From contig JBGQBE010000003.1 in NCBI GenBank assembly GCA_041494685.1, positions 65,641 through 129,640 on the forward strand: 64,000 nt of DNA, in the 5' to 3' direction. The notes under the pieces were generated by a model. The model saw only the letters and a program-made list of their open reading frames with translations, had not been told where the DNA came from and ran no database searches. Below, in pieces: positions 1 through 10,215 of the stretch. Origin of the DNA: Dehalococcoidia bacterium. Lineage in GTDB: Bacteria > Chloroflexota > Dehalococcoidia > DSTF01 > JACRBR01. Both the position numbers and the translations under genes were made by a program. Each line of letters begins with the position of its first letter. Within the stretch, counting starts at the first letter, position 1.

Positions 1-1245
1 TGGGGCGGCGCCGTCGCGCAGCTTTCCTACGCGCCGGCCAGCGGCACCGTGACGACGCCGACGGCAACCAGTACGGCTGTTCCGACGGCGACGAACACGA
101 CTGCTCCGACTGCGACGGCGACGACGGTGCCGGCGCAGGCCACGGCGACGTCCGCCGCGCCCACGTCCACGCCGATTTCGACGACCACGCCGACGCCGAC
201 GCCCGTCCCCGCGACCTCGACGCCGACCGCGGCCGCGGTGGCGCCAACGCCGGTACCCGCAACAGCGACCGCGATCCCGCCGATGGCAACATCGGTCCCG
301 CCGACGGCGACCGGCGCGGTGCCGACGGCAACTCCGACGCCGGCGCCGACCGCGACCGCATCGGCCGGGTCGCGCGACAAGTACCAGTGGCCGTTCGCCG
401 CGACCTCGATCTGGAATATGCCAATCGGCTCCGGGGCCGCATACGTGCCGGCCGGCCTCCAGCCGGCGCTGGGGTGGCAGAACGGCGCGATGGTGACGGA
501 CGACGAGTTCATCGGGCTGAACCCGAACGACCCGCTCAAGACGCTGGGCAACGGCCTGCAGGCGCACGTGCCGGCGTCCATGCAGCACGACGGCAGCTGG
601 AACGGCGTCACCGCGCTGTTGCTGTCGGATGGGCGGACGGTGGCCGAGGGGCAGCCGCTGCTGCTGAGCCCGGGCGGGAACCCGAGCTGGGCGTATGACT
701 ACGGCACGGTGGATCTCTACGGCGACGGCCGGCCGGGCGCCCACGGCGGCAGCGGCCTGTCGTCCTTCGGCGGCAGTATCCGCAAGGGCGAGCTGAACAG
801 CGCACAGGCACTGCAGCACGCATTGAAGGTCAACCTGTACGCCAAGCGCTTCCTCTCGTGCTCGAACGGCGGCTTCCGCTGGCCGGCGTACCGGGCGGAC
901 GGGTACATGAACTGCACGACGTACGGCGGCTCGGTGAGCGTGACGCGGATGGGTTCGTTGCTGGCGCTGAAGCCGGACGTGAACTGCGGCACGGTCTCGT
1001 CGGCGCACGCGCGGAAGATCTGCCACGCGTTGCAGGACTACGGGGCGTACGTGGTGGACGACACGGCATGGGATGTCCACGCGATCGACGTCGAGGCGGG
1101 CGCAGAGTTCAGCGACGGCGGGACGTTCGACAGCGACCTGCAGAACCTGTTCACGCAACTGAACGTGGTCGATAACAACAGTGCCTCGAACATCGGCGGC
1201 GGCGGGACGCCTCGCGCGCCGCTGGCCCCGGCGATCGGCAACTGA
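1..1245 (+). CDS. Secreted/cell-surface protein with a Thr/Pro/Ala-rich linker followed by a ~290-aa globular domain of unknown function; 5' end truncated by the window edge
   Basis: Frame +1 is open from nt 1 with no upstream stop; the listed ORF is 49..1245. About 100 aa of low-complexity T/P/A repeats (TAVPTATNTTAPTATATT...) precede a Gly/Trp/Asn-rich domain. Codon usage is consistent and there is no conflicting ORF. Confidence 0.6.
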   Translation, partial: WGGAVAQLSYAPASGTVTTPTATSTAVPTATNTTAPTATATTVPAQATATSAAPTSTPISTTTPTPTPVPATSTPTAAAVAPTPVPATATAIPPMATSVPPTATGAVPTATPTPAPTATASAGSRDKYQWPFAATSIWNMPIGSGAAYVPAGLQPALGWQNGAMVTDDEFIGLNPNDPLKTLGNGLQAHVPASMQHDGSWNGVTALLLSDGRTVAEGQPLLLSPGGNPSWAYDYGTVDLYGDGRPGAHGGSGLSSFGGSIRKGELNSAQALQHALKVNLYAKRFLSCSNGGFRWPAYRADGYMNCTTYGGSVSVTRMGSLLALKPDVNCGTVSSAHARKICHALQDYGAYVVDDTAWDVHAIDVEAGAEFSDGGTFDSDLQNLFTQLNVVDNNSASNIGGGGTPRAPLAPAIGN

Positions 1246-1392
1246 TCGCGGGACGGAACGGATGAAGCGAGAGCCCGGGCGCGCGCCCGGGCTCTCGTGC
1301 GTCGCGGCGGTTGACACCTCCTCCGTCGGGCGCCCGGGCGCGCGGTACCATCTGGCGGCGGGCCGTGCGGCCCGTGAACGGAGGACGCACGC

Positions 1393-3069
1393 ATGCAGCA
1401 CGCCGATCCTCGCCCATCGCCAGCCGCCGTACCGCAGCGCCGGATCATCGCGGCCGAGGCGGCGGCGGTCGCCGCCGCGTTCGCGCTGCTGTACCTGCTG
1501 ACGCTGGCCGGCAACCACAACGAAGGCGGCGACGGCATCGGCTACATGACGCAGATCCGCTCGGGCGACGCCGCGAAGATCTTCAACCCGTACCACCTGG
1601 CCTACAACTGGCTTGGCTGGACCGCGTACCACATCGCCCGGGCCTGCGGGTTCGATGGCGGTCCGCTGGGGCCGGTGCAGGTGATGAACGCGCTGCTGGG
1701 CGCGGCGGGCGTCGGGGTACTGTGGGCGCTGATGCGGGCGGCGGTGCCGGGACGCCTGGCGGCGTGCGCGGCCTGCGGCATGGTGGCGTTCTCCTTCGGC
1801 TACTGGGGGTACGCTGAAGACGCGGAGTTGTACACGCTCGATGCGTTTCTGCTGATCGTGCTGTTTGCCGCCGCGTATGGCGCGGCGGCGCGGCCGACAT
1901 GGCGAAACTTCGCGCTGATGGGCGTCGCGAACGGGGCGGCCGTCTTGGGGCACAACACGGCCGTCCTCTGGGCGCTCGTCGCGCTGGTCGTGCTGGTCCG
2001 CGCCCGGCGAGAGATGCCGGCGGCAGCGCTGGCGCGCCGCGCCGCGGCGTACGGCGCGGGCATGGCGCTGGTGGTAGTGCCGGCGTACGCGCTGGCGATC
2101 CCGGCTGTCGGGCTCTATTCGCCGCGGGAGTACTACAACTGGCTGACCGACTATGCGCAGAGCGGCAAGTACGGGCAGTGGCGCGCTTCGACGCCCATGC
2201 GCGCGGTGCTGGGTGCGGGGCGGGCGTTCATCGGCGGCCATTTCGCGCTCTCGCTGGGGCCGGTGCACCGGTTCATCCAGGACCACTTCGCCGAGAAGAG
2301 CCTGCGCAAGGAGTTCTTTCTGGTACGGAACGTCCGTGCCGGCGAGGCGTACGTGCTCCTGGCGCTGTCCGGCGTAGTGGTGGCGACGCTGGCGGCGCTG
2401 GCGGCGGACTGGCTGCGCCGCCCGGCGCTGACGCCCGCGACGCGCGCGCTGGCGCTGGTATCGCTGGCGTGGCTGCTGCCGTACGCCGTGTTCTTCGCGT
2501 GGTGGGAGCCTGAGAACGTCAAGTTCTGGATCTCAAGCTGGATCCCAGCCTGCGTGCTGCTCGCGCTGCCGCTGTCGTCGGCCACGATGAGCGGGCGCTG
2601 GCGCGCCGTCATGCCGTATGTCGTGGCGATCGGACTCGCGGCGCTTTTTGTGGTGAACCTCGTGGGCAGCGTGCTGCCGTACCGCGCGAAGGCGGACGAC
2701 TACTGGCGCGTGAGAGCGGCCTGGTATGAGCAGCACACCCGGCCTGGCGACATCGTCTTCGCGAACGACTACGTCTACGTCGAGTACCTGAACTACTTCG
2801 GGCACGGGAAGGCGTACGACCTGCAGAACGACATCATCGGGAAGGCCGGGTCGGCGGGCGCCGTCGGCTATATCGAGCGCCTGATCGACGCGTCGCCGGG
2901 GAGCCGGGTGTTCTTCAGCAGCGAGATCTTCCGCCCCGGCCAGGACGCCTACTCGAACTGCATCGAACCGGTGTGCAGCACCGGCGAGGCGGTACGGCGA
3001 GCGTTCGAGCCGCGCTCTACACCGGTGGTGGACGAACCGCTGGAGCAGGTGTGGCAGCTGGACCGCTAG
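1393..3069 (+). CDS. Polytopic membrane protein, putative GT-C-fold glycosyltransferase (DUF2723/PMT-like)
   Basis: 558 aa with many hydrophobic helices in the N-terminal 400 aa and a soluble C-terminal region. Convergent with a GT39-like gene and adjacent to a PT-rich secreted protein. The GT-C assignment is inferred from architecture only. Confidence 0.45.
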   Translation: MQHADPRPSPAAVPQRRIIAAEAAAVAAAFALLYLLTLAGNHNEGGDGIGYMTQIRSGDAAKIFNPYHLAYNWLGWTAYHIARACGFDGGPLGPVQVMNALLGAAGVGVLWALMRAAVPGRLAACAACGMVAFSFGYWGYAEDAELYTLDAFLLIVLFAAAYGAAARPTWRNFALMGVANGAAVLGHNTAVLWALVALVVLVRARREMPAAALARRAAAYGAGMALVVVPAYALAIPAVGLYSPREYYNWLTDYAQSGKYGQWRASTPMRAVLGAGRAFIGGHFALSLGPVHRFIQDHFAEKSLRKEFFLVRNVRAGEAYVLLALSGVVVATLAALAADWLRRPALTPATRALALVSLAWLLPYAVFFAWWEPENVKFWISSWIPACVLLALPLSSATMSGRWRAVMPYVVAIGLAALFVVNLVGSVLPYRAKADDYWRVRAAWYEQHTRPGDIVFANDYVYVEYLNYFGHGKAYDLQNDIIGKAGSAGAVGYIERLIDASPGSRVFFSSEIFRPGQDAYSNCIEPVCSTGEAVRRAFEPRSTPVVDEPLEQVWQLDR

Positions 3070-3073
3070 GCGG

Positions 3074-4825
3074 TCAGGGCGCCGTCGTCGCGAGCGACGG
3101 ATGAAGCACCTGCCACACCTCCGTCCAGGCGCCGTCGCGCTCGAACCGCGCCGACAGGCGCGCGTTGCCGAAGGCCTGCTGCACCAGCGGGAGCTGGCCG
3201 TCGTCGATCACGGCCTGCATCACAGGCGTCACCAGGATGTAGTCGATGTTGCGCCAGTCGTCGTCGAGGAGGCCGTTGCGCACTTCGTCCTGCGTGTCGA
3301 TACGCCAGAACGTGTGCGCGCGCGTATAACCGGCGTCGCGCAGGTCGACGAACGCGTAGTCGTCGATCACGATGAACGCGTTGCGATCGACGTTCGCCTC
3401 GATCCAGGTGACCGCCTGGCTCTGGGGCGCTGTCTGCCGCTCGGCGAAGGCGCGGTGGAAGCTGCGCGCGTACGCCGGGGCACGCACCGCGGCTGCGGCG
3501 ACGAGCAGCAGCATGCAAACGGCCACAAGGACGGGCGCGACACGGAGCGCCGGCAGCCGGTCGCGGCGGGCGGCGGCGCGCCAGGCGCGGTCCCGCAGCG
3601 CGTCGGTCGCGAGTCCGATGATGATGGCGGCCAGCGGCACGACGGGCAGCAGCCAGTAGTCGAAGATGGCGCCGCCGCGCGCGATGAACAGCATGAACAG
3701 CGCCGCCATGGCGGCGAAGCCGAGCGCGTCAGCGTAGCGGCGGTAGAGCAGGGCGCCGAGCGGGATCACCAGCGCCGAGGCGAGCGCCATCGCCGGGTCG
3801 ACGCGCCACCAGATACGCGCGGCCTTCCAGAACTCGCTGCCGGGCTCAAGGATGCCGAGGTCATGCGCCCGGTTTGCGTGGTAGCGGATGCCGCCCAGCA
3901 GGCTGGCGTGCACGCCGCCCTTGAAGTCGAGGAACGACCCTTGGGGGAAGAACTCGCCGATGGCCAGGGCGTGCAGGGGGTACAGCGCCGCGAGGCCGAG
4001 CGCCCCGCCCAGCCAGGCGACGATGCCGGCGCGCCGCGCGCCCGCGTCTAGCCGGCGCCAGAGGAGGAACAGCATGCCAGGGATCATCAGTCCGACGATC
4101 TCCTTGTTCAACAGGGCCAAGCCGAGCGCGAGGCCGCTGACCAGCGCGCCGCGCGTATCGAGCCGGCTCGACATGAGCAAGTAGAGCGCAAGGAGCATCC
4201 ACATGACGGCGATGTTGTCCAGCAGCACTTCGCGGCCGTAGAGCAGCTGAAACGGCGATAGCGCGAAGATTCCGCCCGCGACCACGGCGGCGGTCACGCT
4301 GCCCCCGGCCCGGCGGACGACTCCGAACAGCAGCCCCGCCGCGACGGCGTGCATGGGAAGCATCAGGGCGCGGCCGGAGTTCACGGAGGCGCCCCATATG
4401 TCAAATCCGCCCCAGAGTTTCGCCCAGGCGGCAAGCGTGAACCAGCCGACCGGCGGATGGTCGTAGAAGTAGGAATACGGCGCCGGCACAAGACGTCCGT
4501 GCGTGAAGACCGACCACGCCTGCGACATGTAGAGCCCCTCGTCGTCGTCGAAGAGGGGCGCATGGAACATGTTCAGGCCGTGGGCGGCGGCGGCAAGCGC
4601 GACGACGAACGCGAGGGGAAGCGCGCGCGCCGCCGCCGCCGCGCGCTCAGTGAGCGGCGCGGATGCCGCCAGATCGGGCAGGGGCCGCCCCCCGGACTCG
4701 CTGATTGCCATAACGTGCTTGGTCCCTGAATCCGAGGATCTTGCCGCCCCGCGAGAGTGCACGGACTTCCTCCTGAGCATAGTAGACAACGGGCCACGCG
4801 GCGACGTTGTTACTCCAACGTTCAT
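3074..4825 (-). CDS. GT39/ArnT/PMT-family glycosyltransferase (phospholipid-carrier-dependent, GT-C)
   Basis: 583 aa. N-terminal loop motif PLFDDDEGLY after the first TM helix matches the DE-containing loop of PMT/ArnT enzymes; 10+ TM segments; soluble C-terminal domain. An alternative start lies at M39 (4711). Confidence 0.6.
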   Translation of the reverse strand: MNVGVTTSPRGPLSTMLRRKSVHSRGAARSSDSGTKHVMAISESGGRPLPDLAASAPLTERAAAAARALPLAFVVALAAAAHGLNMFHAPLFDDDEGLYMSQAWSVFTHGRLVPAPYSYFYDHPPVGWFTLAAWAKLWGGFDIWGASVNSGRALMLPMHAVAAGLLFGVVRRAGGSVTAAVVAGGIFALSPFQLLYGREVLLDNIAVMWMLLALYLLMSSRLDTRGALVSGLALGLALLNKEIVGLMIPGMLFLLWRRLDAGARRAGIVAWLGGALGLAALYPLHALAIGEFFPQGSFLDFKGGVHASLLGGIRYHANRAHDLGILEPGSEFWKAARIWWRVDPAMALASALVIPLGALLYRRYADALGFAAMAALFMLFIARGGAIFDYWLLPVVPLAAIIIGLATDALRDRAWRAAARRDRLPALRVAPVLVAVCMLLLVAAAAVRAPAYARSFHRAFAERQTAPQSQAVTWIEANVDRNAFIVIDDYAFVDLRDAGYTRAHTFWRIDTQDEVRNGLLDDDWRNIDYILVTPVMQAVIDDGQLPLVQQAFGNARLSARFERDGAWTEVWQVLHPSLATTAP

Positions 4826-4960
4826 CCGTGAGTGCCCGCACAGGTGTGGAATCCTGCTATTATCTGACGGGATGGGCGCCGGGCGGCATCCCCGCCGTAC
4901 GGTGCTGGCGCATGCCGTAATGCGCTCGCAGGGATTGCGTTAGAGTCCTGGGACGGGGAG

Positions 4961-5845
4961 ATGGCAGGCAGGTACGCCAGACTCGGTGGCTGGCAGGTCA
5001 GCTTGACATTGACTCGGTACCGTTGCGTCAGTGTTGATAGGCTCCGGGCGAAGATGTTATGTTCAACCAACATACTCCGCCCCGTGCGCATCACTGCGCC
5101 CGCATCCATTCGGGCAGTCGATTCTGATTGCCATGCAGCCGACTCGGTGGTATCGTTGAACATGCGAAGTGTCGTAACGAGGGACTCGGAGCGCGAGACC
5201 GCACGCATCGCCGATGCGGTGCAGTATCGGACGCTGGACGGCTTCGCGTACGCAACGAAGGGCGCGTTCGACCGCGTCGCGGCGACGCTGCTGCTGGTGG
5301 CTCTCGCCGCACCGCTGGGCGTCATCGCGCTGCTGGTGAAGCTGTCGTCGCCGGGGCCGGTGCTCGTCCGGCAACTGCGCGTCGGCCGGTTTGGGCAGCC
5401 CTTCACCTTTTACAAGTTCCGCTCGATGCGCGAGGACGCGGAGCTCATCCGCGACGAGTTGGAGGCTCAGAATCACCACGACGGCCCGACGATCTTCAAG
5501 ATGAAGGGCGACCCCCGCATCACCCGGGTGGGCAGCTTCCTCAGGCGAAGCAGCCTCGACGAGTTGCCGAACCTGTTCAACGTGCTGCGGGGCGAGATGA
5601 GCATCATCGGGCCGCGGCCGCCGCTTCCGCGGGAGGTGGCACACTATACGCCCCGGCACATGCAGCGCCTGGCGGCGACGCCGGGCATGACGGGACTCTG
5701 GCAGGTGAGAGGCCGGAGCGAACTCTCGTTCGAAGAGATGGTCGATCTGGATCTCGAGTACATCGAGAAATGGTCGCTGTGGCTTGACGTTACTATTTTC
5801 ATCAAGACGCCGCTTGTCGTCGTGAACGGGCGTGGCGCCTGGTAG
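4961..5845 (+). CDS. Polyprenyl-phosphate sugar phosphotransferase (bacterial sugar transferase, WbaP/EpsL-like small PGT)
   Basis: C-terminal conserved block KFRSM..DDE...GPRPPLP...PGMTGLWQV.GR is typical of the Bac_transf family. The functional start is more likely the internal M near 5162 (MRSVV...); the listed N-terminus is uncertain. Confidence 0.8.
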   Translation: MAGRYARLGGWQVSLTLTRYRCVSVDRLRAKMLCSTNILRPVRITAPASIRAVDSDCHAADSVVSLNMRSVVTRDSERETARIADAVQYRTLDGFAYATKGAFDRVAATLLLVALAAPLGVIALLVKLSSPGPVLVRQLRVGRFGQPFTFYKFRSMREDAELIRDELEAQNHHDGPTIFKMKGDPRITRVGSFLRRSSLDELPNLFNVLRGEMSIIGPRPPLPREVAHYTPRHMQRLAATPGMTGLWQVRGRSELSFEEMVDLDLEYIEKWSLWLDVTIFIKTPLVVVNGRGAW

Positions 5846-5933
5846 GACACCGGGGCCGCAGGCAAGGCGCGGCCGACGCGGGCGCAACGGATCGAGTGAA
5901 CGGCAGCGCCGCTGCTAGCGACGGGCGGAGCCT

Positions 5934-7445
5934 GTGAACGAAGAGAGCCGTCTACAGATCGAGCGATATCTGGCGCTGGTGTACCGGCGCAAGTTCGTGT
6001 TGATCATCCCGATCATCCTGGCGGTGGCTGGCGCGGCGCTCCTCAGCTACGTCACGCCGAAGCAGTACACCGCGACAGCTACGGCGCGCGTCGACATCAG
6101 CGCAGGCGGCGTCGACACGCAGGACCCGAACGCGGCGTCGCGCTTCCTCAACACTTACTCGGCGATCATCAAGACCGCGCCGTTCCTGCAGCGGGTGGTC
6201 GATGACCTGAATCTGGACGTCAAGCCCAGTTCGCTCGCGCAGAACGTGGGCACGGCGCCGATACCGGGCACGGAACTGGTTAAGGTGACCGCGAAGAACG
6301 GCGATCCGGGCAAGGCCGCAGCCATCGCGAACGACCTGACGGACCTGCTGCGCGACCCGACGTTCATCAGCCAGTTCGTGACAGACTCGACGCAACTGCT
6401 CCAGGGCCAGATCGTCAACGTCCAGAAGCAACTGAGCGACGACCAGAACCGGTTGGCCACGCTGCGTCAACAGGGTGCGAGCGCGGCGGAGATCAGCAGT
6501 CAGGAAGACGTGGTGTCTGCCGAACAGAGCACGTACCAGAGCCTCCTGAATCAGAAGCAACAGGCATTGGTGAAGCAGGGTCAGGCAGCGCGCGCGTTCA
6601 GCGTCATCGAACCGGCGGAGGCGCCGGCCGCGCCGAGCAGCCCGCGCTGGAAGTTCAATCTGGCGGCCGGCCTGCTGTCCGGCATGGTGGCCGGCGTCGC
6701 GCTCTCGCTGGTGCTGGAGTATGTCGACCCGACGCTGCGCGGCGTGCGCGACCTGGAGGGTGTGACGCGGTTGCCGGTGTTGGCGTCGATCCCGTTCGGG
6801 ATCCGCTGGAAGTACCCGCCGCCGCCGGTCTCGCCGGACTACCGGCTGCTGGCGACGAAGCTGCAGACGTCGATGCAGGAGCAGCAGCGCAAGAGCGTGC
6901 TGTTTACGAGCGCGCGTCCGGAAGAGGGCAACACGACTGTGTCCACGTACACCGCCATGGCGATGGCGCAGGCCGGTGCGCGCGTACTGCTGCTGGACGC
7001 GAACCTGAACCGGCCCGACCTGCACAAGCTGTTCAACATCCCGCTCGCGCCGGGCCTCTACAACTTCATTTCGAGCAATGGTGCGCGGCCGGGCAGGCCG
7101 CTGATCGAGGCGTCGCCAGACGCCATCCAGGCATCGCCGGTGCCGCGGCTTAGCGTGCTGACCGCCGGTACGAAGATGAGCGATCCGTCGGAGCTGCTGG
7201 CGTCGGCGGAGATGCGGCAGTTTCTGGACTACCTGGAGACGCAGTGGGACGTGATCGTCATCGACGGGCCGTCGATGTCCACGTCGGCGGGTTCCGGCGT
7301 GATCGCCCCGCTGGTCGACGGGGTCGTTCTGGTCGCGGCGGAAGGCCAGGCCAGCAGCAAGAGCGTCGAGGAAAGCGTCACGGAGCTGAACGCGCTGGGC
7401 GCGCACTCGATGGGGCTCGTGTACTGCAAGGCGACCGAAAGCTAA
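5934..7445 (+). CDS. Wzz/GumC-like polysaccharide co-polymerase with C-terminal CpsD/BY-kinase-like P-loop domain; Walker A degenerate
   Basis: N-terminal TM helix, long coiled periplasmic region and a second TM helix. The C-terminal domain has Walker A' (VLLLDANLNRP) and Walker B (VIVIDGP). The canonical GEGKST is replaced by EEGNTT (Lys to Asn). There is no C-terminal Tyr cluster. Confidence 0.7.
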   Translation: MNEESRLQIERYLALVYRRKFVLIIPIILAVAGAALLSYVTPKQYTATATARVDISAGGVDTQDPNAASRFLNTYSAIIKTAPFLQRVVDDLNLDVKPSSLAQNVGTAPIPGTELVKVTAKNGDPGKAAAIANDLTDLLRDPTFISQFVTDSTQLLQGQIVNVQKQLSDDQNRLATLRQQGASAAEISSQEDVVSAEQSTYQSLLNQKQQALVKQGQAARAFSVIEPAEAPAAPSSPRWKFNLAAGLLSGMVAGVALSLVLEYVDPTLRGVRDLEGVTRLPVLASIPFGIRWKYPPPPVSPDYRLLATKLQTSMQEQQRKSVLFTSARPEEGNTTVSTYTAMAMAQAGARVLLLDANLNRPDLHKLFNIPLAPGLYNFISSNGARPGRPLIEASPDAIQASPVPRLSVLTAGTKMSDPSELLASAEMRQFLDYLETQWDVIVIDGPSMSTSAGSGVIAPLVDGVVLVAAEGQASSKSVEESVTELNALGAHSMGLVYCKATES

Positions 7446-7465
7446 CCGAGGGCTCTGGAGACGAC

Positions 7466-8911
7466 ATGACGTCGGCACGGCACATCGCGCGGAACAGCCT
7501 GGTCCAGTTCGCTGGCCGTGGCGTCACCATGGGTGTCTCGCTGGCGATCCTGACGCTGCTCTCTCGGTACCTCGGTCCGTACGAGTTCGGGCAGTACCAG
7601 CTCGTGATCGCCTTCCTGCTGCTGGTGAACGTCAGCGACCTCGGCATCGCCACGATCGCGGTGCGCCATCTCTCGACGGAGCGCCGCCCCGCCGAAGAGA
7701 TCATAGGCAACATCCTGACGATCCGGGCCGTGCTCGCGGCCGCCTCGACGCTTCTCTGCGTCGTTATCGCCGTCGCGATCGGCTACTCGCACGAGGCGAC
7801 GAAGGCGATTGCCATCGCGTCGCTCTCGTTCCCGTTCATGATGCTGACGGGCTCGTACAACGCGCTCTTCGCCTCGAAGCTGAGGATGGAGTACGCGGCG
7901 ATGGCGAACATTGCGCAGGCGTTGGCGACGCTGGCGCTGATGGCGGTCGTGGTGATGATGAACGGCGGCGTCGTGCGACTGCTCATCGCCTATGACGCGG
8001 GGTTCGTGGTATCGAGTGCCGTCAGCGTGTTCTTCGCACGACGGTTCCTGCGGCCGGCGTTCCGCCTCGACCGCACCTACGCGGGCGAGATCATCAAGGA
8101 ATCGCTGCCGCTGGGCTCGGCCGTCGTCGTGATCGCCGTCTACAGCCGCATCGACATCTTGCTCCTGAAGGCGTTCACGGACAGCGAGTCGGTCGGCTAC
8201 TACGGCTTCGCGTACCGGGCCGTCGACCTTGCCGCGCCGCTGAGCCTGATGTTCGTCGGGTCGGTGTTCCCGCTGCTCTCCAGTCACCATGCCGTGGATG
8301 ACCGGGACGCGTTCAGGACGTTGCTCCAGCGCTCGCAGGACTTCCTGACCGTGCTGGGCATCACGATGCTGACGCTGATGATCCTGTTTGCGCGGCCGCT
8401 GGTGGATCTCGTGGGCGGCGCCAAGTACGCGCCTTCCGTGATGAGCGTCCGCATCCTGGCGATGGCCTTCGGACTCATCTGGCTTTCGAACCTGATGGAT
8501 CACGGCCTGATCGCCGTCGGCCGTCAGAAGGTGCTGCTGTGGAACGCGGCCCTGGGGCTGGCGGTGAACGTGGGCGCGAACCTGGTGCTGATCCCGTTGT
8601 ACGGCCGTGAAGGCGCCGCGACATCGACGGTCCTGACAGAAATCGCCGTGTTGGCGCCCGCGGTGGTCGTGCTGAGCGGTTACATTGGAGGCGTACCATC
8701 GTTCTGGGTTGCATGGAGGCTATTGCCGGTGGCTCTCGTGGCCGGCGCGGTCGTGTACTTCCTGAACCTGCCCTGGTTCACCGAAGCGGCGATCAGTTGC
8801 GTGATCCTGGCTGTCGGCGTGGCGGCGGCGCGCGTCATCTCGATTGATGAAGTGCGAATGCTGCTGAGGCGGGAGAAGATGGTGCCGGTGGAGGCCGGCA
8901 CGCGGCGGTAG
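7466..8911 (+). CDS. wzx: Wzx-type polysaccharide flippase (MOP/MATE superfamily)
   Basis: 481 aa with about 12-14 TM helices. N-terminus RNSLVQFAGRGVTMGVSLAILTLLSRYLGPYEFGQY is typical of the polysaccharide biosynthesis protein family. ATG at 7466 is preceded by GGAG; the listed ORF 7244.. is an upstream extension. Confidence 0.8.
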   Translation: MTSARHIARNSLVQFAGRGVTMGVSLAILTLLSRYLGPYEFGQYQLVIAFLLLVNVSDLGIATIAVRHLSTERRPAEEIIGNILTIRAVLAAASTLLCVVIAVAIGYSHEATKAIAIASLSFPFMMLTGSYNALFASKLRMEYAAMANIAQALATLALMAVVVMMNGGVVRLLIAYDAGFVVSSAVSVFFARRFLRPAFRLDRTYAGEIIKESLPLGSAVVVIAVYSRIDILLLKAFTDSESVGYYGFAYRAVDLAAPLSLMFVGSVFPLLSSHHAVDDRDAFRTLLQRSQDFLTVLGITMLTLMILFARPLVDLVGGAKYAPSVMSVRILAMAFGLIWLSNLMDHGLIAVGRQKVLLWNAALGLAVNVGANLVLIPLYGREGAATSTVLTEIAVLAPAVVVLSGYIGGVPSFWVAWRLLPVALVAGAVVYFLNLPWFTEAAISCVILAVGVAAARVISIDEVRMLLRREKMVPVEAGTRR

Positions 8912-9030
8912 TGCAGAGGTTCGACGCGCAAGCGCGACCCCCCGAGGTACAGGCGAGCGGGCGAGCAGGGACGGCTCAAGCGCCATTGACGTGCGGCGGC
9001 AGCCGAGCCGTTGTTTGCCCAAGGAGCTCA

Positions 9031-10199
9031 CCGTGATCCCCGTATTCAAACCATCGATCGACCAGGAAGAGTGGTACGCGCTGAAGGAGCCGCTCGAGAA
9101 GGGCTGGCTCGGCCTCGGCCCCAAGACGAAGGAGTTCGAAGAGCGCTTCGCCGAGTACGTGCAGGCGCCGTGCGCCGTCGGTACCAATTCCGGCACGGCC
9201 GCGCTGCACCTGGGATTCGCGGTGCTCAACATCGAGGGCGGCGAAGTGATCACGACGTCGCTGACGTACGTGGCCACGAACCACGCGATCCTCTGGTGCG
9301 GCGGCATCCCCGTCTTCGCGGACGTGGAAGAGGACACTGGCAACATCCGGGTCGACGAGATCGAGCGCTGCATCACGCCGCGGACGAAGGCGATCTGTGT
9401 GGTGCACTACGCGGGACACCCGTGCGACATGGATCCGATCATGGAGCTGGCCGCCCGGCACAACCTGCCGGTGCTGCAGGACAGCGCGCACGCCTGCGGC
9501 TCGAAGTACAAGGGCCGGCCGATCGGCTCGTTCGGCGAGGTGAACACGTTCAGCTTCGATCCGGTGAAGAACCTGGCGACCGGCGCCGGCGGCATGGTGA
9601 CCGTGCACGACGAGGCGCTCGACCGCCGCATGCGCAAGCTGCGCTGGCTGGGGCACGCGCGCCCGCCAGGGACGCCCGCCGATCCCGGCATGATGGACTA
9701 CTATCACGTGACCGAGGAGATCGGCTTTCGCGACCACATGAACGACCTGTCCGCCGCGATCGGCCTGGTGCAGCTGCGCAAACTGGAGCGCCACAACGAC
9801 CGGCGCCGCGAGATCGCGGCGATCTACGACGCCGCGTTCACCGATGAAGCGTGGGTGCAGACGCCGGTGCTGAAGGACTACGCCTTCACGGCGCAGCACA
9901 AGTACGTGATCCGCGTTCCCGCGGAGGACCGCGATCAGCTGATCCTGCACCTGAAGGATCGCGGCGTCGGCAGCCACGTGCACTTCGTGCCGACGCACAT
10001 GCATCCGGCATACAAGCCGTACACCACGGAGTTGCTGCCGGTGACGGAGCGGCTCTGGAAGACGCTGGTGACCCTGCCGCTCTTCCCGACGCTGACCGAC
10101 GGCGAGATACAGCAGGTCATCGAGGGCGTGCGGTCGTACCCGAAGCACGCACGGCCGGCGAACGGCCACCAGCCGGCGAACGTGCCTGTTCGCCCGTGA
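9031..10199 (+). CDS. DegT/DnrJ/EryC1/StrS-family PLP-dependent sugar aminotransferase
   Basis: Conserved fold I aminotransferase blocks (GTNSGTAALHL, FSFDPVKNL with catalytic Lys, HYAGHPCDMD). GTG start at 9031 follows AAGGAG; the listed ORF starts at 8991. Confidence 0.85.
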
Positions 10200-10215
10200 T
10201 CGTCGCCCTGTCGCC

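Noticed and set aside
27-611. 194-aa minus-strand ORF rich in Ala/Gly/Val opposite the PT-linker gene
   Set aside because: It is a mirror image of the T/P/A repeat region with low-complexity composition and no start context. It is the antisense shadow of a well-supported gene.
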